Part shown: piece by piece, positions 14,060 to 27,477 of the stretch
Layout of the letters: each line of letters begins with the position of its first letter
Position numbering within the stretch: the first letter of the stretch is position 1
Assembly (NCBI RefSeq): GCF_009914755.1
Contig: NC_060933.1
Reading direction: 5' to 3' (one strand)
Length of the DNA stretch: 64,000 nucleotides
From: the human T2T-CHM13v2.0 reference genome, Homo sapiens
Program-made: the position numbers and the translations under genes
The notes under the pieces: generated by a model
What the model saw: only the letters and a program-made list of their open reading frames with translations
What the model was told of the DNA's origin: nothing
Database searches by the model: none

Positions 14060-15910
14060 AACACAATCCTTATATATCTGCAATGAAAAATCTGAAAATG
14101 ATATTAAGAAATAAATCCTTTCACAAAAACATGACAAAGAAAAAAATACTAGAAATAAATTTAACAAAAAAGTATAAAACTTATCACCTGAAAACTACAA
14201 AACATTGCTGAGAGAAATTAAACAATATCCAAATAGCTGGAAAAAGCATCTGTGTTTATCATTAGGAGACCCAACCCTGTTAAAATGGTAATACTCTATA
14301 AACTAATCTATAGGTTTAACTCATTCTACATCAGAATCTCAGCTGACTTCATTGTAAAATAGACAAGCTGGTCTTCATTGTAAAATAGACAAGCTGATCT
14401 TCACTGTAAAATAGACAAGCTGATCATGTGGAGTGGTAATGGACCAAGAATAACCAAACTATCTTGAAAAAGGAAAAAGTATGTAACCTCACACTTCCTA
14501 ATTTCTAAATTTACTATGAAGCAATGACAATCAAGACAGTGTGGTACTGATAAAATGATAGACACATAGATCAATGGAATAAGTTGGAAAGTTCAGAAAT
14601 GAGCCTACACATATTTTGGCCAACTGATTTTCGACAGGAACTTCAAGACCATTCAATAAGATAATAACAGCTAATGGTGCCAAACAACTGAACAGACACT
14701 TACAAAAGAAAGAACTGAGATCCTTATGTGACACCATGTGCAAAAATTAAGTAAAATTGATCAAATACCTAAATTTCATTGGTAAAGCTACAAAATTATT
14801 GGAAGAAAACACAGGATAAATCTTTATAAATTTCTGTTTGACACAGGAGTCTTAGAAATGACATGCAAAAATATGAGTAACAAACAAAAATAAATTGAAT
14901 TCACCAAAATTAAAAGGTTAGTTTTCAAGAGATACCATCAAGAAAGTAGAAAGACAACCCATAGAATAGACAAAACATTGCAAATCATACACATAAGTTA
15001 CTTGTATTCAGAATATATAAAGACCTTTTACAACTTAGTAATGAAAACATGAATTAAAGGATAGGCGTATGATCTGAATAACCATTTCTTCTAGGAGGAT
15101 ATACGAATGGACAGTATACACGTGAAAAGCTGCTTAACATAATTAGACATCAGGGAAATGCAAATCAAAAACATGATAAGATATCATTTCATACCCATTA
15201 AGATGCCTAAAATTTTATAGTAAGTTATTAACAAGTACTGGTGTGTATTTAGAGAAATTGGAACTCTGACACACTTCTGGCGGGTATGTAAAATATTACA
15301 GCTACTTTGGAAAACAGTCTGATAGTTTCTTTAATGGTTACACATAGTTTCATTTTGTGATCCAGCAATTCTACTGCTAGGTATATATCTAAGAAAAATG
15401 AAAGTGTATGTTCACACAAGACCTTGTATATGAATGTTTCTAAGAGTGTTATCATAATAGCCAAAATGTGGAAACAATCCAAATATCCATCAATGGAAGA
15501 ATGGATAAACAACATTTGGCATGCCTATCCAATGGAATATTCAGACATAAAAGGAATGAAGTACTGATATATTATACATCATGGATGACTCTTGAAAACA
15601 TTATGCTAAGTGAAAAAGCCAGTCACAAATGCCACATATTATATGACTGCATTCATATGAAATGTCCAAAATAAGGATTTATAGAGACAATGTAGATTAG
15701 TGTTTTTTTTTTTAGGATTGGGTATATTGGGGGAATAAAGCTGTGACAGCCACAGGGTAAGGATTCATTTTTGACATAATAAAAATGCGCTAAAATTGAC
15801 TGTGGTAATGATTGTCTATATCTGCAAATATACTAAAAAATTGAATTTCGAGTTTTGAATGGGTGAATTTTATAGTATGTGAAGTACATCTTACTAAAAC
15901 TGTTAAAAAT
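14060..15910 (+). mobile_element. 5'-truncated old L1 (L1MB/L1MC-like), ORF2 3' part plus 3'UTR
   Basis: L1 ORF2 motifs (gaaaactacaaaacattgctgagagaaattaa; atcaagacagtgtggtactg; gaaatgcaaatcaaaa) and the 3' end 'gggtgaattttatagtatgtgaa...aaaactgttaaaaa'. No intact ORF. Confidence 0.85.
14347..14424 (+). repeat. 3 x 26-bp tandem repeat inside the L1
   Basis: cttca(t/c)tgtaaaatagacaagctg(g/a)t repeated three times with 2 variant positions. Confidence 0.95.
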
Positions 15911-16442
15911 AGGCAACTAATATGAACTGAATTGTAAAAATAAAAATATTTAAGAGTGTATTTCTCAAATGTTAAACAATAAAGAGAAAAAATACATAAT
16001 ACCAGTATTAAAAGTTAAACTAGTCTTCTAAAATGATTATGTTGTTCAACTTTCTCTATGCCTGTGACATCATTAGTCAAATAAAACATTCCTTAGTGGC
16101 AGTCAAAATCTTCCTAAAGCTCCATGTACAGACTTGTAAATTAGTTTTCTTGCCTCTTTTACCAAATGATATGCACCTGATCCAGGAAGATATACTGAGG
16201 TGAATAAATATTCCAATTCAAAGTTTTCTCTTTTGCCTTTATTTCTCCAACACTTTCTTTTATTCATATTTGATTTAATACTATCACTTGTCTATAGAAA
16301 TTTTATTCTTGTAGCTATACAAAACATCTAGTATAAAAATCTTAAATAGTTTGAGGGGAAAACATGAAGCAAAATTTAGTTCAATTTAACTGAGAGTAAA
16401 ACTTTGTTTCAACTGTTGGAAAAAAAAAGTATGGAACCTACT

Positions 16443-16908
16443 TGTCAGGTTGATTTCCTCAAGAAATAGACCCTGAGGAAAAAATCAGAGAGTGGGAGGT
16501 ATATTAGGGAGATCTCCTGAGATCTACAGGTGTGGATGAGGAAGGAGGAAAGCTGGATGAGTCGGAAGTAGAAGCCAAGATGAAGTGCAGTCAATGAAAT
16601 GGCTCAGTCATCCCTGTCGTGAGTACTAAAGATTAGCGAACCCCTCAGAGTTGTCCTAAGTTGTACACAAAAAAGGCTATATTAACCCTGTGTCAACCCT
16701 GGACGAAGGCCAACCTTGCATGGGTTCATCACCTTTGGTGATGATCTTCATCTGGGGCGATGCTGGGGCATTAGGATCTTCAGCTGAGGCAATCTATAAT
16801 AAGTACTGACAGGTGAGTACTGGTTGCCACCAGCATTCCCAGCAGCTGGGTGAATAAACTCTTTATTGCTGAATAGAGATAAAGGCATTGCATCTAAGTA
16901 ACCACCAC
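16443..16908 (-). mobile_element. LTR16-type (ERVL) solo LTR
   Basis: 'tgtcaggttgatttcctcaagaaatagaccctgag', 'cccctcagagttgtcc' and 'tcttcagctgaggcaat' match recalled antisense LTR16A/C. Confidence 0.65.
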
Positions 16909-17049
16909 TGCTGCCAAAAGAAATACTGACTTGCTGCCTTCAATAATAAGGTAATTAAAATTAATACTAATAAACTATTTCTGAATGAAACAGAATAAAC
17001 CATACGGATATAATTACTCCATGTACAGATATGTCTCTCAAAAATTCAG

Positions 17050-18330
17050 CTATTAGTCTTATTATTGCTTATTTGATGGTGGTGTTTCTTTTATTCTAGT
17101 GACTTTTCAGATTTTCTCTTCTGTTTTGCCATTTACAATGGTTTTTCCAGGTGTGGTTTTCTCTGTATCAACATACTTGGAATTTGTAGCTCCTCCTGAA
17201 TCTTTCGCCTGATATACTTCTTCCCTTTGCCCTGCCACATCTCACCCTACTGTACCTTCTGGTACTTTACTTAGGATAACTGACAACTTCATTTTTGTCT
17301 CAAATGTTTCTTATGCTCTTATATCCATTTTCCTTTACTTTTCCCTTCCCGTGTACTGACCTGTTATAGTTTACTGATTCTCTCAGTTTGTTCGTATAAT
17401 TTTCTGTTAAAAAGACCATTTATGATTAATTGTTATATTTAATTTTCTAATTTCTAGATTATCCACTTTGCTATTTTCTATATTCCAGTCTGCTCATGAA
17501 TTTTTTCATTTTTTAGATACAGTTAGTTACAGTTGTTTTATTGTTTCCAATAATTCTAGGATTTTGATCACATGTAGATCTATTTTTATTGAATGTCTCT
17601 AGTCGGTCTTAGACAACTTAGTACTGTATTTAGATGTATCCAGTACTCTTTGTAATACTGTTCATTGTATCTGGAACATTTTAGAAGCTCTAAAGGGTGT
17701 TATCTTCCTCCTGAAATGATTTAACTTTTAGTTGACAATGATATGTACTGTGAATACATGTAGGAGTGCCTGTGATTCAAACTTCAGAGGCACCAGTCTG
17801 TTTCTTTCTTTCTTGTTTGTTTGTTTTTTTTTTTTTTTTCGGTAGTACATAGCTTTTCAGAGGGTTCAACTAGAGACGTAGAATATTTGCTTTTGTTATT
17901 CATACTGGGCATGCCCTAAACTCCATGTTTTAAAACCCCAATACTATAAGACAACTAGACACTCTACTCAGGTTTCATGACTCAGCTTCAGCTTTCTGTT
18001 TGTTTTCATGGTCTCTTATTTCATGAAGATTAAGAAAATGAAAATAACCTTGAGGTGATAAATGGCATAAAATATTGGGCCGGCTTTTATGTTTTCTCTT
18101 TTCTTCAGAAACTTGGTCTCTCAGAGTTTGCCTATCTTTGAAGCCCTGAACTTCGGTATTTGGATTCTATCCCTATGACACTACTAAGAGCACTAGGCTG
18201 CTACTGTTTGCATTGTTGCTGTTGTTATTGTTTTTATCTGCTCTCTGCTTATTTACAGATAAGCAAATTTATCAAGGGGAGAAATTATGTCAAATGTCTG
18301 GTGCGTCTCAATGCACCGTCCACTAAAGGG
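17050..18330 (-). mobile_element. Very old L1 (L1ME/L1M-like) ORF1/5' region remnant
   Basis: T-rich antisense L1 pattern ('ccaggtgtggttttctctgtatc...cttggaatttgtagctcctcctgaatct'); boundaries uncertain. Confidence 0.4.
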
Positions 18331-19069
18331 AATAAATATTCACTTTGGCCCTTTTTCTGATACCAGACTGCGTATTTATGAGCTATCCTGGGCTTTGAAT
18401 CAGGACTAAGTGATGCAAATAGGTAGAGAACACTAGGAAATGGGAGTGATAGCACCAACCAGACTGTAGGGCAAAATTATATTTCCCAAATTTGGCAACA
18501 TTGTAATGATTCCAGTAGAGATACTAAATGTCGAGGGTCTTTAATATTGGGGTAGCTGCATCTAGTGCTCAGCGGTTTGACCAATAGTGTGCTTACTAAC
18601 CCAATTCTGCAAAATATTTTGCATGTGGTTCTGACAATCAGTGGCCTCTAAACTACTCTCAATGTTTCCAGCAATTGGGTGAGGTATCCTGTAAGTTTTC
18701 AAACTATTATTTTCTACTTTATAAGCAAAATTAATTGTATTCCACTCAACTATTTTAAATATGAGTAAAAGTAATTGTTCATTTTACTGATTTATAGTTA
18801 TGTTTTACAATGAAAACAATACAGGGCTAACCTTACTTTAAAATTATAATGGAAACAATAACTCAGTAATTATAAAACTTTATATGTGATTAGAGTATAG
18901 CTGTTGTACAATTTGAAAAAGAAGGTGAAATTCATTGGAATATTAAAAGGAAATGTAATAAGATTTATTCTAACATTTTACATTGCCCAAACTGGTAAAA
19001 TGTATGAAACAAACACAATTGAAAAAAAACTATGTTTTCTAAGCAAATTATCTTTATATATATTTACAA

Positions 19070-19180
19070 AATGTTATATATATATATACACACACACACA
19101 CCCATATATATGTCTATACATACATATATGCATATTCATATATCTATATCCTTGTAAGTATAGATATATGAATATATAGG
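19070..19180. repeat. (TA)n/(CA)n degenerate microsatellite
   Basis: tatatatatatatacacacacacac...atatatgtctatacatacatatatg. Confidence 0.8.
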
Positions 19181-19509
19181 TTTAGATACAGAGTCTGGCA
19201 AATCTTTTGAACTGCCAAAATAGTAAAAAGTCCTGTAGTCATCCAAATAGGATTGATTTTAGTAACACTAGAAGCAAAAAAAAAAAAAAAAAAAAAAGCA
19301 AAATTTTCCCTAAAAGTATATTTTGTGAAATGGTCTTAAAAGGAATTATCTACTTTGCTTGAGAAGTAAACTGCAATACGGATTTGTTGTGAACAAATCA
19401 GAACTACAAAATCTTTCACATAGAAATCAAAGTTATATCAATAACATTTGATTAATTGGCTCTACTTAAAAAATATGAAAACGTTCTTTTTAAAAACGTT
19501 TTTAAAATG

Positions 19510-22500
19510 TATTATTTTTAATTATTTTGGATATATAATAGGTATAAATATTTATGGAGTATAACTGATGTGTTGATTCAGGCTACAATGTGTAATAATC
19601 ACATCAGGGTAATTGGGTATCCATCACCCCTGGCATTTATCACTTCTTCGTTTGAGGAATAATCCAATTTTACCCTTTTAGTTATTTAAAAATAAACAAT
19701 AAATAATTATTGACTATAATCACTTGTTGTGCTATTAAATACTAGCCCTTATTCATTATAAATATATTTTGGCCATTAACCATCCATACCTTTTCCCCTA
19801 ACTTCCTGCTACCCCTCACAGCATCTGATAACCATTATTCTACTCTTTATCTCTATTCGTTCAATAGTTTTATGTTTTAGTGCTCACATATGAGTAAGAA
19901 CATGCAAAATGTGTCATTTTGTGGCTTGTTTCTTTCACTTAACATAATGTCCTCCAGTTCTATTCATGTTGTTGTAAATAACAGAATTTCATTATTTTTT
20001 ATGGCTGAATAATATTCCATTTTGTCTATGTACCACATTTTCTTTATCCATTCATCTGCTGATGGACATAGGTTCGTTCCAAATCTTGGCTATTGTGAAT
20101 AGTGCTGCAATAAACATGAAAATGCACATATTTTTTCAATATACTGATTTCTTTTATTTTGGGTGTATACCTAGCAGTGGGATTGCTAGATCACATAGTA
20201 ATTCTATTTTTAGTTTTTTGAGGAACTTCCATATTGTTCTACATAATGTCTGCACTAATTTACATTACCGCCAATAGTGTAGGCGGGTTCCACTTTCTCC
20301 ATGTTCTCACCAGCATTAGTTATTGCCTGTCTTTTGAATACAAGCCATTTTAACTGGGGTGAGATGATATCTCATTGTAGTTTTGATGTGCATTTCTCTG
20401 AAGATCAATGACATGAGCATTTTTATATATGATTTATACGCATTTTTTGAGAAACGTCTATTCAGATTTTATGCTCTTTTTAAATTAGATTCTAGGTTTT
20501 TTTCCTGTCAAGTTGTTTGAGCTCCTTGTATATTCTCAGTTTTAATCCCTTATCAAATAGATAGTTTGCAAATATTTTCTCCCATCATGTAGGTTGTTTC
20601 TTCACTTTGTTGATTTTTCTCTTTTTTGTGTAGAAGCTTTTGTCATGTGACATAATTTGTTCATTTTTGCTTTGGTATTACTTAAGAAATCTTTGCTCAG
20701 TCTAATGTTCTACAAAGTCACCCAATGTTTTTGTTTAGTAGTTTGATAGTTTGAGGTCTTATATTTAATTCTTTAGTCCATTTTGATTTGATTTTTGTAC
20801 ATGGCAAGAGATAGTGGTCTAGTTTCATTATTCTGCATATGGATAGCCAGTTTGCTCAGCACTTAGTGAAGAGACTGTCCTTTCTTCAACGTATGTGCTT
20901 GGCACCTTTGTCAAAAATGAGTTCATTGTAGATGTGTGGATTTTTTTGTGGGTTCTTTATTCTATTCTATTGGTCTATGTGTCTAATTTTATGCCAGTGC
21001 CATCCTGTTTTGATTACTATAGCTCTATAATATAATTTGAAGACAAGTAATGTGATTCCTTCAGTTTTGTTCTTTTTGCTCAGGATGGCTTTGGCTATTC
21101 TGGGTCTTTTGTGTTTTCATATACATTTTAGGATTTTTTTTCTATTTCTGTGAAAAATGTCATTGATATTTTGATAGGGATTGCATTGAATCTTTTTATT
21201 GCTTTTAGTATATGAACATTTTAACAACCTTAATTCTTCCAATTTATGAACATGAAATGTCTTTCCATTTTTTATGTCCTTTTCAATTTTTTTCATCAAT
21301 GTTTTATGGTTTTTACTGTAGAGCTATTTCATTTATTTGGTTAAATTTATTGCTAGGTATTTTATATTCTTTGTAGCTATCAGAAATGGGGTTACTCTCT
21401 TCATTTGTTTTTCAGTTTGTTTGCAATTGTTATATAGAAATGCTGCTGATTATTATATGTTTATTTTCTATCCTGCAACTTGACTGAATTTGTTTATGAA
21501 TTCTAACAGTTTTTTTTGGTGGAGTCTTTTGCTTTCTCTAAATACAGGATTATATTGTCTACAAACAAGAATAATTTGATTTCTTCCATTAAAATTTGTA
21601 TGCCCTCTATTACTTTCTCTTGTCTAATTGTTCTAGCTAGGACTTGCAGTACTATGTTGAATACATTGGTGATAGTAGGCATCCTTCTCTTGTTCTAGAT
21701 CTTATTGGAAAGGCTTTCACATTTTCCTCATTCAGTGTTATACTATCTGTGGATCTGTCATATATGGTTTTTATTGTTTTGAGCTATGTTCTTTCTATAT
21801 CTATTTTTTGAGAGTTTTTATCATGAAAAAATGTTAATTTTATCACATAATTTTTCAGCATCAATTGAAATGATTATATGTTTTCTGTCCTTCATTCGGT
21901 TGATATGATGTATCATATTGAGTGGTTTCTACTGCTGAACCTTTCTTGCAACCCTAGGATGAATACCATTTGGTCAAGATAAATGAACTTTTCAATGTGT
22001 TGTTGAATTTGGTTATTAGTATTTTGTTGAAAAATTTTGCAGCAATATTTCTCAGAGTATTGGCTTGTAATTTTATTTTTTGTTGCATATTTGGCTTTGG
22101 TATCAGGTTAATAATGGCTTCATACAATAAGTTTGGAAGTATTCCCTCCTCTATTTTTTGGAGTCGTTTTTGTAGAAATCATATTAATTCTTTTTTAAAT
22201 GTTTGGTAGAATTTAGCAGTGAAGCCATCAGGTCCTGGGCTTTTCTTTGATGGGAGACTTTCATTACAGCTTTGATCTTGTCCCTTTTTATTGGCCTATT
22301 CAGGTTCTGGTTTTCTTCATTGTTCAATCTGGGTAAGTTGTATTTATCTGGAAATTTATCCATTTATTCTAGGCTTTTCAATTTATTGGCATATAGTTGT
22401 TCATAGTAGTCTCTAGGGATCCTTCGAATTACTGAAGTATCAGTTCTAATGTCTCGTTTTTCATTTCTGATTTTATACATTTAGGTCTCCTCTCTTTTCT

Positions 22501-25457
22501 TCTTAGTTTGCCTAAGGATTTGTCAATATTATCTTTTCAAAAAAACAAATTTTGTTTTGTTGATTTTTGTATTTTTTGTTTTAATTTAATTGATTTCTGC
22601 TCTAATCTTTATTATTTCTTTTCTTCCATTAACTGGGTTTGGTTTGCTTTTGCTCTTCTAAGTTCTTTAAAATGCATCATTAGTTTCTTTATTTGAACTT
22701 TTTATTCTTTTTTGATGTAGGTGCTTATCGCTATAAACTTTCCTCTTAGCACTGCTTTTACTGTATCATATAGGTTTTGGTATGTTGTGTTCTTATTTTC
22801 ATTTGTTTCAATAAATTTTTAAATTTTCTTCTCATTTTTTTCATTTATCCACTCACTGGTCATTCAGGAATATACTGTTTAATTTCCATGTGTTTGTGCA
22901 GCTTTGAAAGTTCCTCTTGCTACTGATTTCCAGCTTAATTTCATTGTGTTCAGAGAAGACACTTGATATGATTTCAATTTTTTAAATAATTTGAATACCT
23001 TTTGACTGCTTCTGTAAGCTAAAATATCATTTATCATTGAGATTAGACCATGTGCTGAGTAGATGAATCTGTATTTTGCAGCTGGTGGACGAAATGTCCT
23101 GTAAATATCTATTAGGTCCCTTTAGTCTATAGTTCAGATTAAATCCAATGTTTACTTGTTGATTACCTGTCTGGATGATCTGTCCATGTTGAAAGTGGGG
23201 TGTTGAGGTCTCTAGTTATTATTGCATTGGGGTCTGTCTCCCTAACTCTGATAACATAATGCTAAAGAAGATTAAGCAAGTATGCACATACAGGCAGGAG
23301 TTTGACGTACTCTTGTATTCCCAGTGACTATCAAAATTCATGTCATCTAGTACATAGTTAAAATATTTTGAATGAATGAGTGACAGATTAAGTAGAAAAT
23401 TGTTTTCACTTACATATGTTTAATACATTTTACAAAGTATCTTCTAATCATTAAGCTTATATTTATTTGCAAGATATTTTTAACCAATATCTCTTTTAGC
23501 TTTAGTGTCTTATTTTGTCTTCTCTAGTTTCATCCCTTTCTCCAGAAAAGGTAAATAGTACCAAAAACAATGATGTCTTCATAATCATTTGGTGGCATCA
23601 CGTTTTCTTGGGTGTTCCTGATGCTTATGGGTGTTTGTCAATGTCTGGGCATTGAAGAGTTAGGTACTTATTCTAACCTTTATAGTCTGGGCTTGTTTGT
23701 GCCCATCCTTCTTGTGAAGGCTTTCCAGGTATTCAAAGGGAATTAAGTGTTGTGATCTAAGTATTTTGTCACTACAGCCATATCTGCACTACAGTGTGTC
23801 CTGGTAACACTGCAACTCTTGCCAACTCCTAGAGGTACTGACTTGGTGGGCTTGAGTAAGACCCAGGAGAATTCCCTGGATTTCCAGGCGGTGTTTCTTG
23901 TCCTCTTCCTTCACTTTTCCTGAAACAGAAGGAGTTTCTTTCTCTCCATGCTGGGCTGCTTGGATTTGGGGGAAGGGTGAAGCAAGCACTCCCATGGACA
24001 CAACAATTGGGACTGTGCTGGGTCACACCTGAAGTCAGCACAGTTGTGGGTCTCACCTAAGGCCCATGACAACTACTGCCTTGCTACCACTGTTTATTCC
24101 AAGCCTAGGGCCTCTTTAGTCAGCAGGTAGTGAATCCTGCCAGGAATGGGTTATTCCCTTTAGAGCAGCAAGTTCCCTTCAGACCCAGGGTGGATATAAA
24201 AATGTTGTCTAGAACCTGAAATTAGGGATTTCAGATATCTGATTTGTGCTTTATTTTACTGTGGCTGAGCTGGTAGCCAATTCCAAGACAAAGTCCTCTT
24301 TTCTCTCTCCTTTCTCCAAGCAGGAGTCTCTCCTCCGGTTGAACTTTCTAGCGTTAGGAGAGGGGTGGCACAAGCACTCGCATGGCCACCACAGCTAGGA
24401 CTTCTCTGGATCACACCTGAAGCCAGAACAGTTGTGGGTCTTGACTGTGTCCCACGGCATCTACTGCCTGGCTACTGCTGACATTTATTCATGGCCCAAG
24501 GGCTATTTACACAGCAAGTAGGAATCTTATTAGGACTGGGTCCTTTCTTTCAGGAGAGTGGGTTCCCTTCTGGCTCAGCCTGGGTCTGAAAATGCCTTCT
24601 CAGAGTTGGGGCCTGGAATCAGGGACTTCAGGAATCTGCTTGGGGCTTTATTTTACTGTGGCTGAGCTGGTACCCAAGTTGCAAAACAAAGCCCTCTTTA
24701 TTGTTGTCACTCCTTTTTGCAGGTGAAAGGAGCCTGGAACTAGGGATTTCAGAAATCTGCCTGGTGTTTTATTTTACTGTGGCTGAGCTGGTATCCAATT
24801 GTAAGACAAAGTCCTCTTTTCTGTCTCCTTTCTGCAAGCAGGAGTCTGTCCGTGAGCTGCACTACCTGGGGTTGGGGGAGAGGTGGCACAGGCTGTTCCT
24901 TGGCCTGGACAGCTGGTGTCTCTCTGTGTTATGTGCACCCCAAGTCCGCTAGCTCTGAGCCCAGCACAGCACCAGGACTTGCTCAAAGACTGTAGTTCTT
25001 GTGGCCTGATTGCCTTTCAAATTTATGCAGGACCCCAGGGCCCTTTATTTCACTGGTGGGGAGTGCTAGCCAGAACTCAGATTCCTACCACTGAGCTAGA
25101 ACAGTGGTCTAAATGATCCCTCTATGGGCACTGATGAAAATCTGTGTTGTGTTCCATGGTGGCAGGGCAGCACAGAGTTCCAGTATAAAGTTCCACAATC
25201 AGTTCGCTGTCCCTCCCACACACAGATTCTGTCTCCACATGTAGCCTGAGTACAGGGGAGGGGTGGTGTAGGCAGTGAAAGACTGTCTTTCCTATCCTCT
25301 TTCCTTGATATGATATTAAAACCAGGTACTGTCATTGCTCACTTGATTTTTGCTTCTTATGAAGGTGGTTCCTTATATGGATAGTTGTTCAATTTGGTGC
25401 TCCTGGCAGGGCATGGAGAAGGTCACTGACAGGTTCTATTTGGCCACCTTGCTCCTG
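19510..25457 (-). mobile_element. Near-full-length L1MA2/L1MA3-like element with an internal deletion (most of ORF1 and the ORF2 start)
   Basis: L1MA-type 3' end (acaatgtgtaataatcacatcagggtaattgggtatccatcacc). Antisense ORF2 runs to ~23257 and the L1M 5' region resumes at ~23584. 5' terminus 'ctatttggccaccttgctcc' (cf. ggagcaagatggccgaatag) at ~25436-25454. Confidence 0.9.
23258..23583 (+). repeat. Derived copy of 13693-14011 inserted at the L1 deletion junction
   Basis: Roughly 80% identical by eye to 13693-14011; flanked by L1 sequence on both sides. Confidence 0.85.
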
Positions 25458-27477
25458 AATATGTTTTTCAGAGAGAGCTCTACTCTTTAATGCATTACTA
25501 ATAGATGGTACACATGCTTACTTTTCTTATGTGTGCTCTAAAGCCATTTTGATATTATATTAATGGCAACATAATTTTTATTGTATTTTCCCATCTTAAT
25601 GTTTGCACACTGTTCAAAATCTGAGTACAATATTGACCACATCTCAATCTTATCCTTTCCACATTGTTTTTTCGTTTCCCAACACTTCTAGTGATCACAC
25701 TAAACTTATATTATGACAAGAACCAAGGCTATAAAATATTTGCAGGCAGCTTATTCTTTTGACAATATGATTCTTATTGGCATGATCTCTGCTTTTTCCT
25801 TGGACTGCTGCATTCATATTTCCCATATTTAGAGAAGCAAAATAATCTGGTGACCAGCAGGATAAGATAATAGCTCCTCCTCTCAATTCATACATTAAAA
25901 TGAATTTTTACTTTTGATTAGGATTCTATTAGTATTTTTGTTTGTTTGGGGTTTTAAGAAAAAGAGAAAGTGTGAGGAAACGTGATTTGGATACACTGCT
26001 GAGTGTGGAAGGACACACATGTTTTCTGTTTCTCTTGAGAATAAGTAGTTCCTGTCTTCCTAGAAAAAGACTGACTGTTTTTGGTCATACCAATAAGTAA
26101 CCACCTGAGTCCATTTTAACCCCATCGTTTTTGATCAATGACAACTTCCTTTGGTAGCATATTTCTTAAAGTCAGTCTGGCAGCAACTGCCTTTTCCGCT
26201 GCTCAGGTTTTTAAAAGTCTGTCAATCAGAAAAAATCTTCATTTGATAACCTTTCACAGCTATAGTTCAACCAAACCCTAAACACTTCCGTTTCTCAAGG
26301 TCTGACAATATCTGAGAGCTCTATTTTTTTCAAAAAAAAAAAAACCCCATATAAGATTATCTCTTTACTTTTCCTCTATTTCTGTCTTCCTAGGAAAAGA
26401 ATTATTGTTAAACAAAACAAAAAGATTTTATTTCAGGCAATGAATGATGGTCTCTTTCCTTTTGCAGCCTTCAATGAAAACACAACTAAATAGTTTCTAC
26501 TTTTAGTGTCGTGTTCCACAAGAAAAGGATATAGGTTTCTTGAGTGAAGGAATCTACCCCGTGCCTATATTTCTTCCTACATCATTTAGAATAAGTTATT
26601 GCACATATTAGGCTCTCAGTAAATCAAATGATTTAAAGATGTTTGAGTTGCAAGCTATTTTATGTTTATACAATCTATTGTTGTTAAACTTTGGATTTTA
26701 GCAGTAGACATTTTATTTAAAGAAAATTTGACACCAAATCTACCTTTTAACTAACACAGCATAATGGTTCTGGGTGAAGCTATAGATGTGGAAACTAACC
26801 TTCTCCCATTTCTTCTATTTGTTCCTTACCTCCCTCAGGTCTCTATGATGCTTTACATCAGGTGAAACTTTGCTAAATAGAGTTTTAAGCCACTAATCTA
26901 TTCCTATTCTCTAATTCAAAAGATGAGGGAAGTAAGGCCACATGACTTTCTCAGAACCATCTTAATTATGCACAAATTGAAATCCTTCTCTTCCACGACT
27001 GGCTAAATTTCCACATATTCAAACCTTTTGGTCTTCTAAAATACATTTTCATTCATGTGAGTTTATATGAAGTTAACTATATTTTGCAGTAAAGTATTTT
27101 TAAGTTTTTGCTGAAAATAGAAAAAATTGTAATTATTTTCTGCTAATATCATGTAGCACTGTTTGTGATATACTTTTATATTATTTCTAGAATGTTTATT
27201 GACTTCCTCTATGTACTCACATATCTTTAGTAGGCATCTTGTTATTTTTAAGTTTCATTTATATTATCTAAAATTAAAATTTATAATAATTATACATTTC
27301 TCTGTTATGTTATTGCACTAGAAAAATCACAATATTAAAACAATCATAACAAATTATAATTTTATTTATAATTTTAGTAGGAAGTATGCCATTGGCATTG
27401 TTAGATATACATTCATTATTTTGTAGAAAACATTTATTTTTCTCTTAGAGAAGTTTTATTAAGTTAAATAATAATTT

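Noticed and set aside
19488-19507. Perfect 20-bp palindrome ttttaaaaacgtttttaaaa
   Set aside because: Low-complexity A/T runs at an L1 tail; expected by chance in AT-rich DNA.
25992-26005. 14-mer acactgctgagtgt, also present at ~47948
   Set aside because: Flanks do not align; one 14-bp match within 64 kb is expected by chance.
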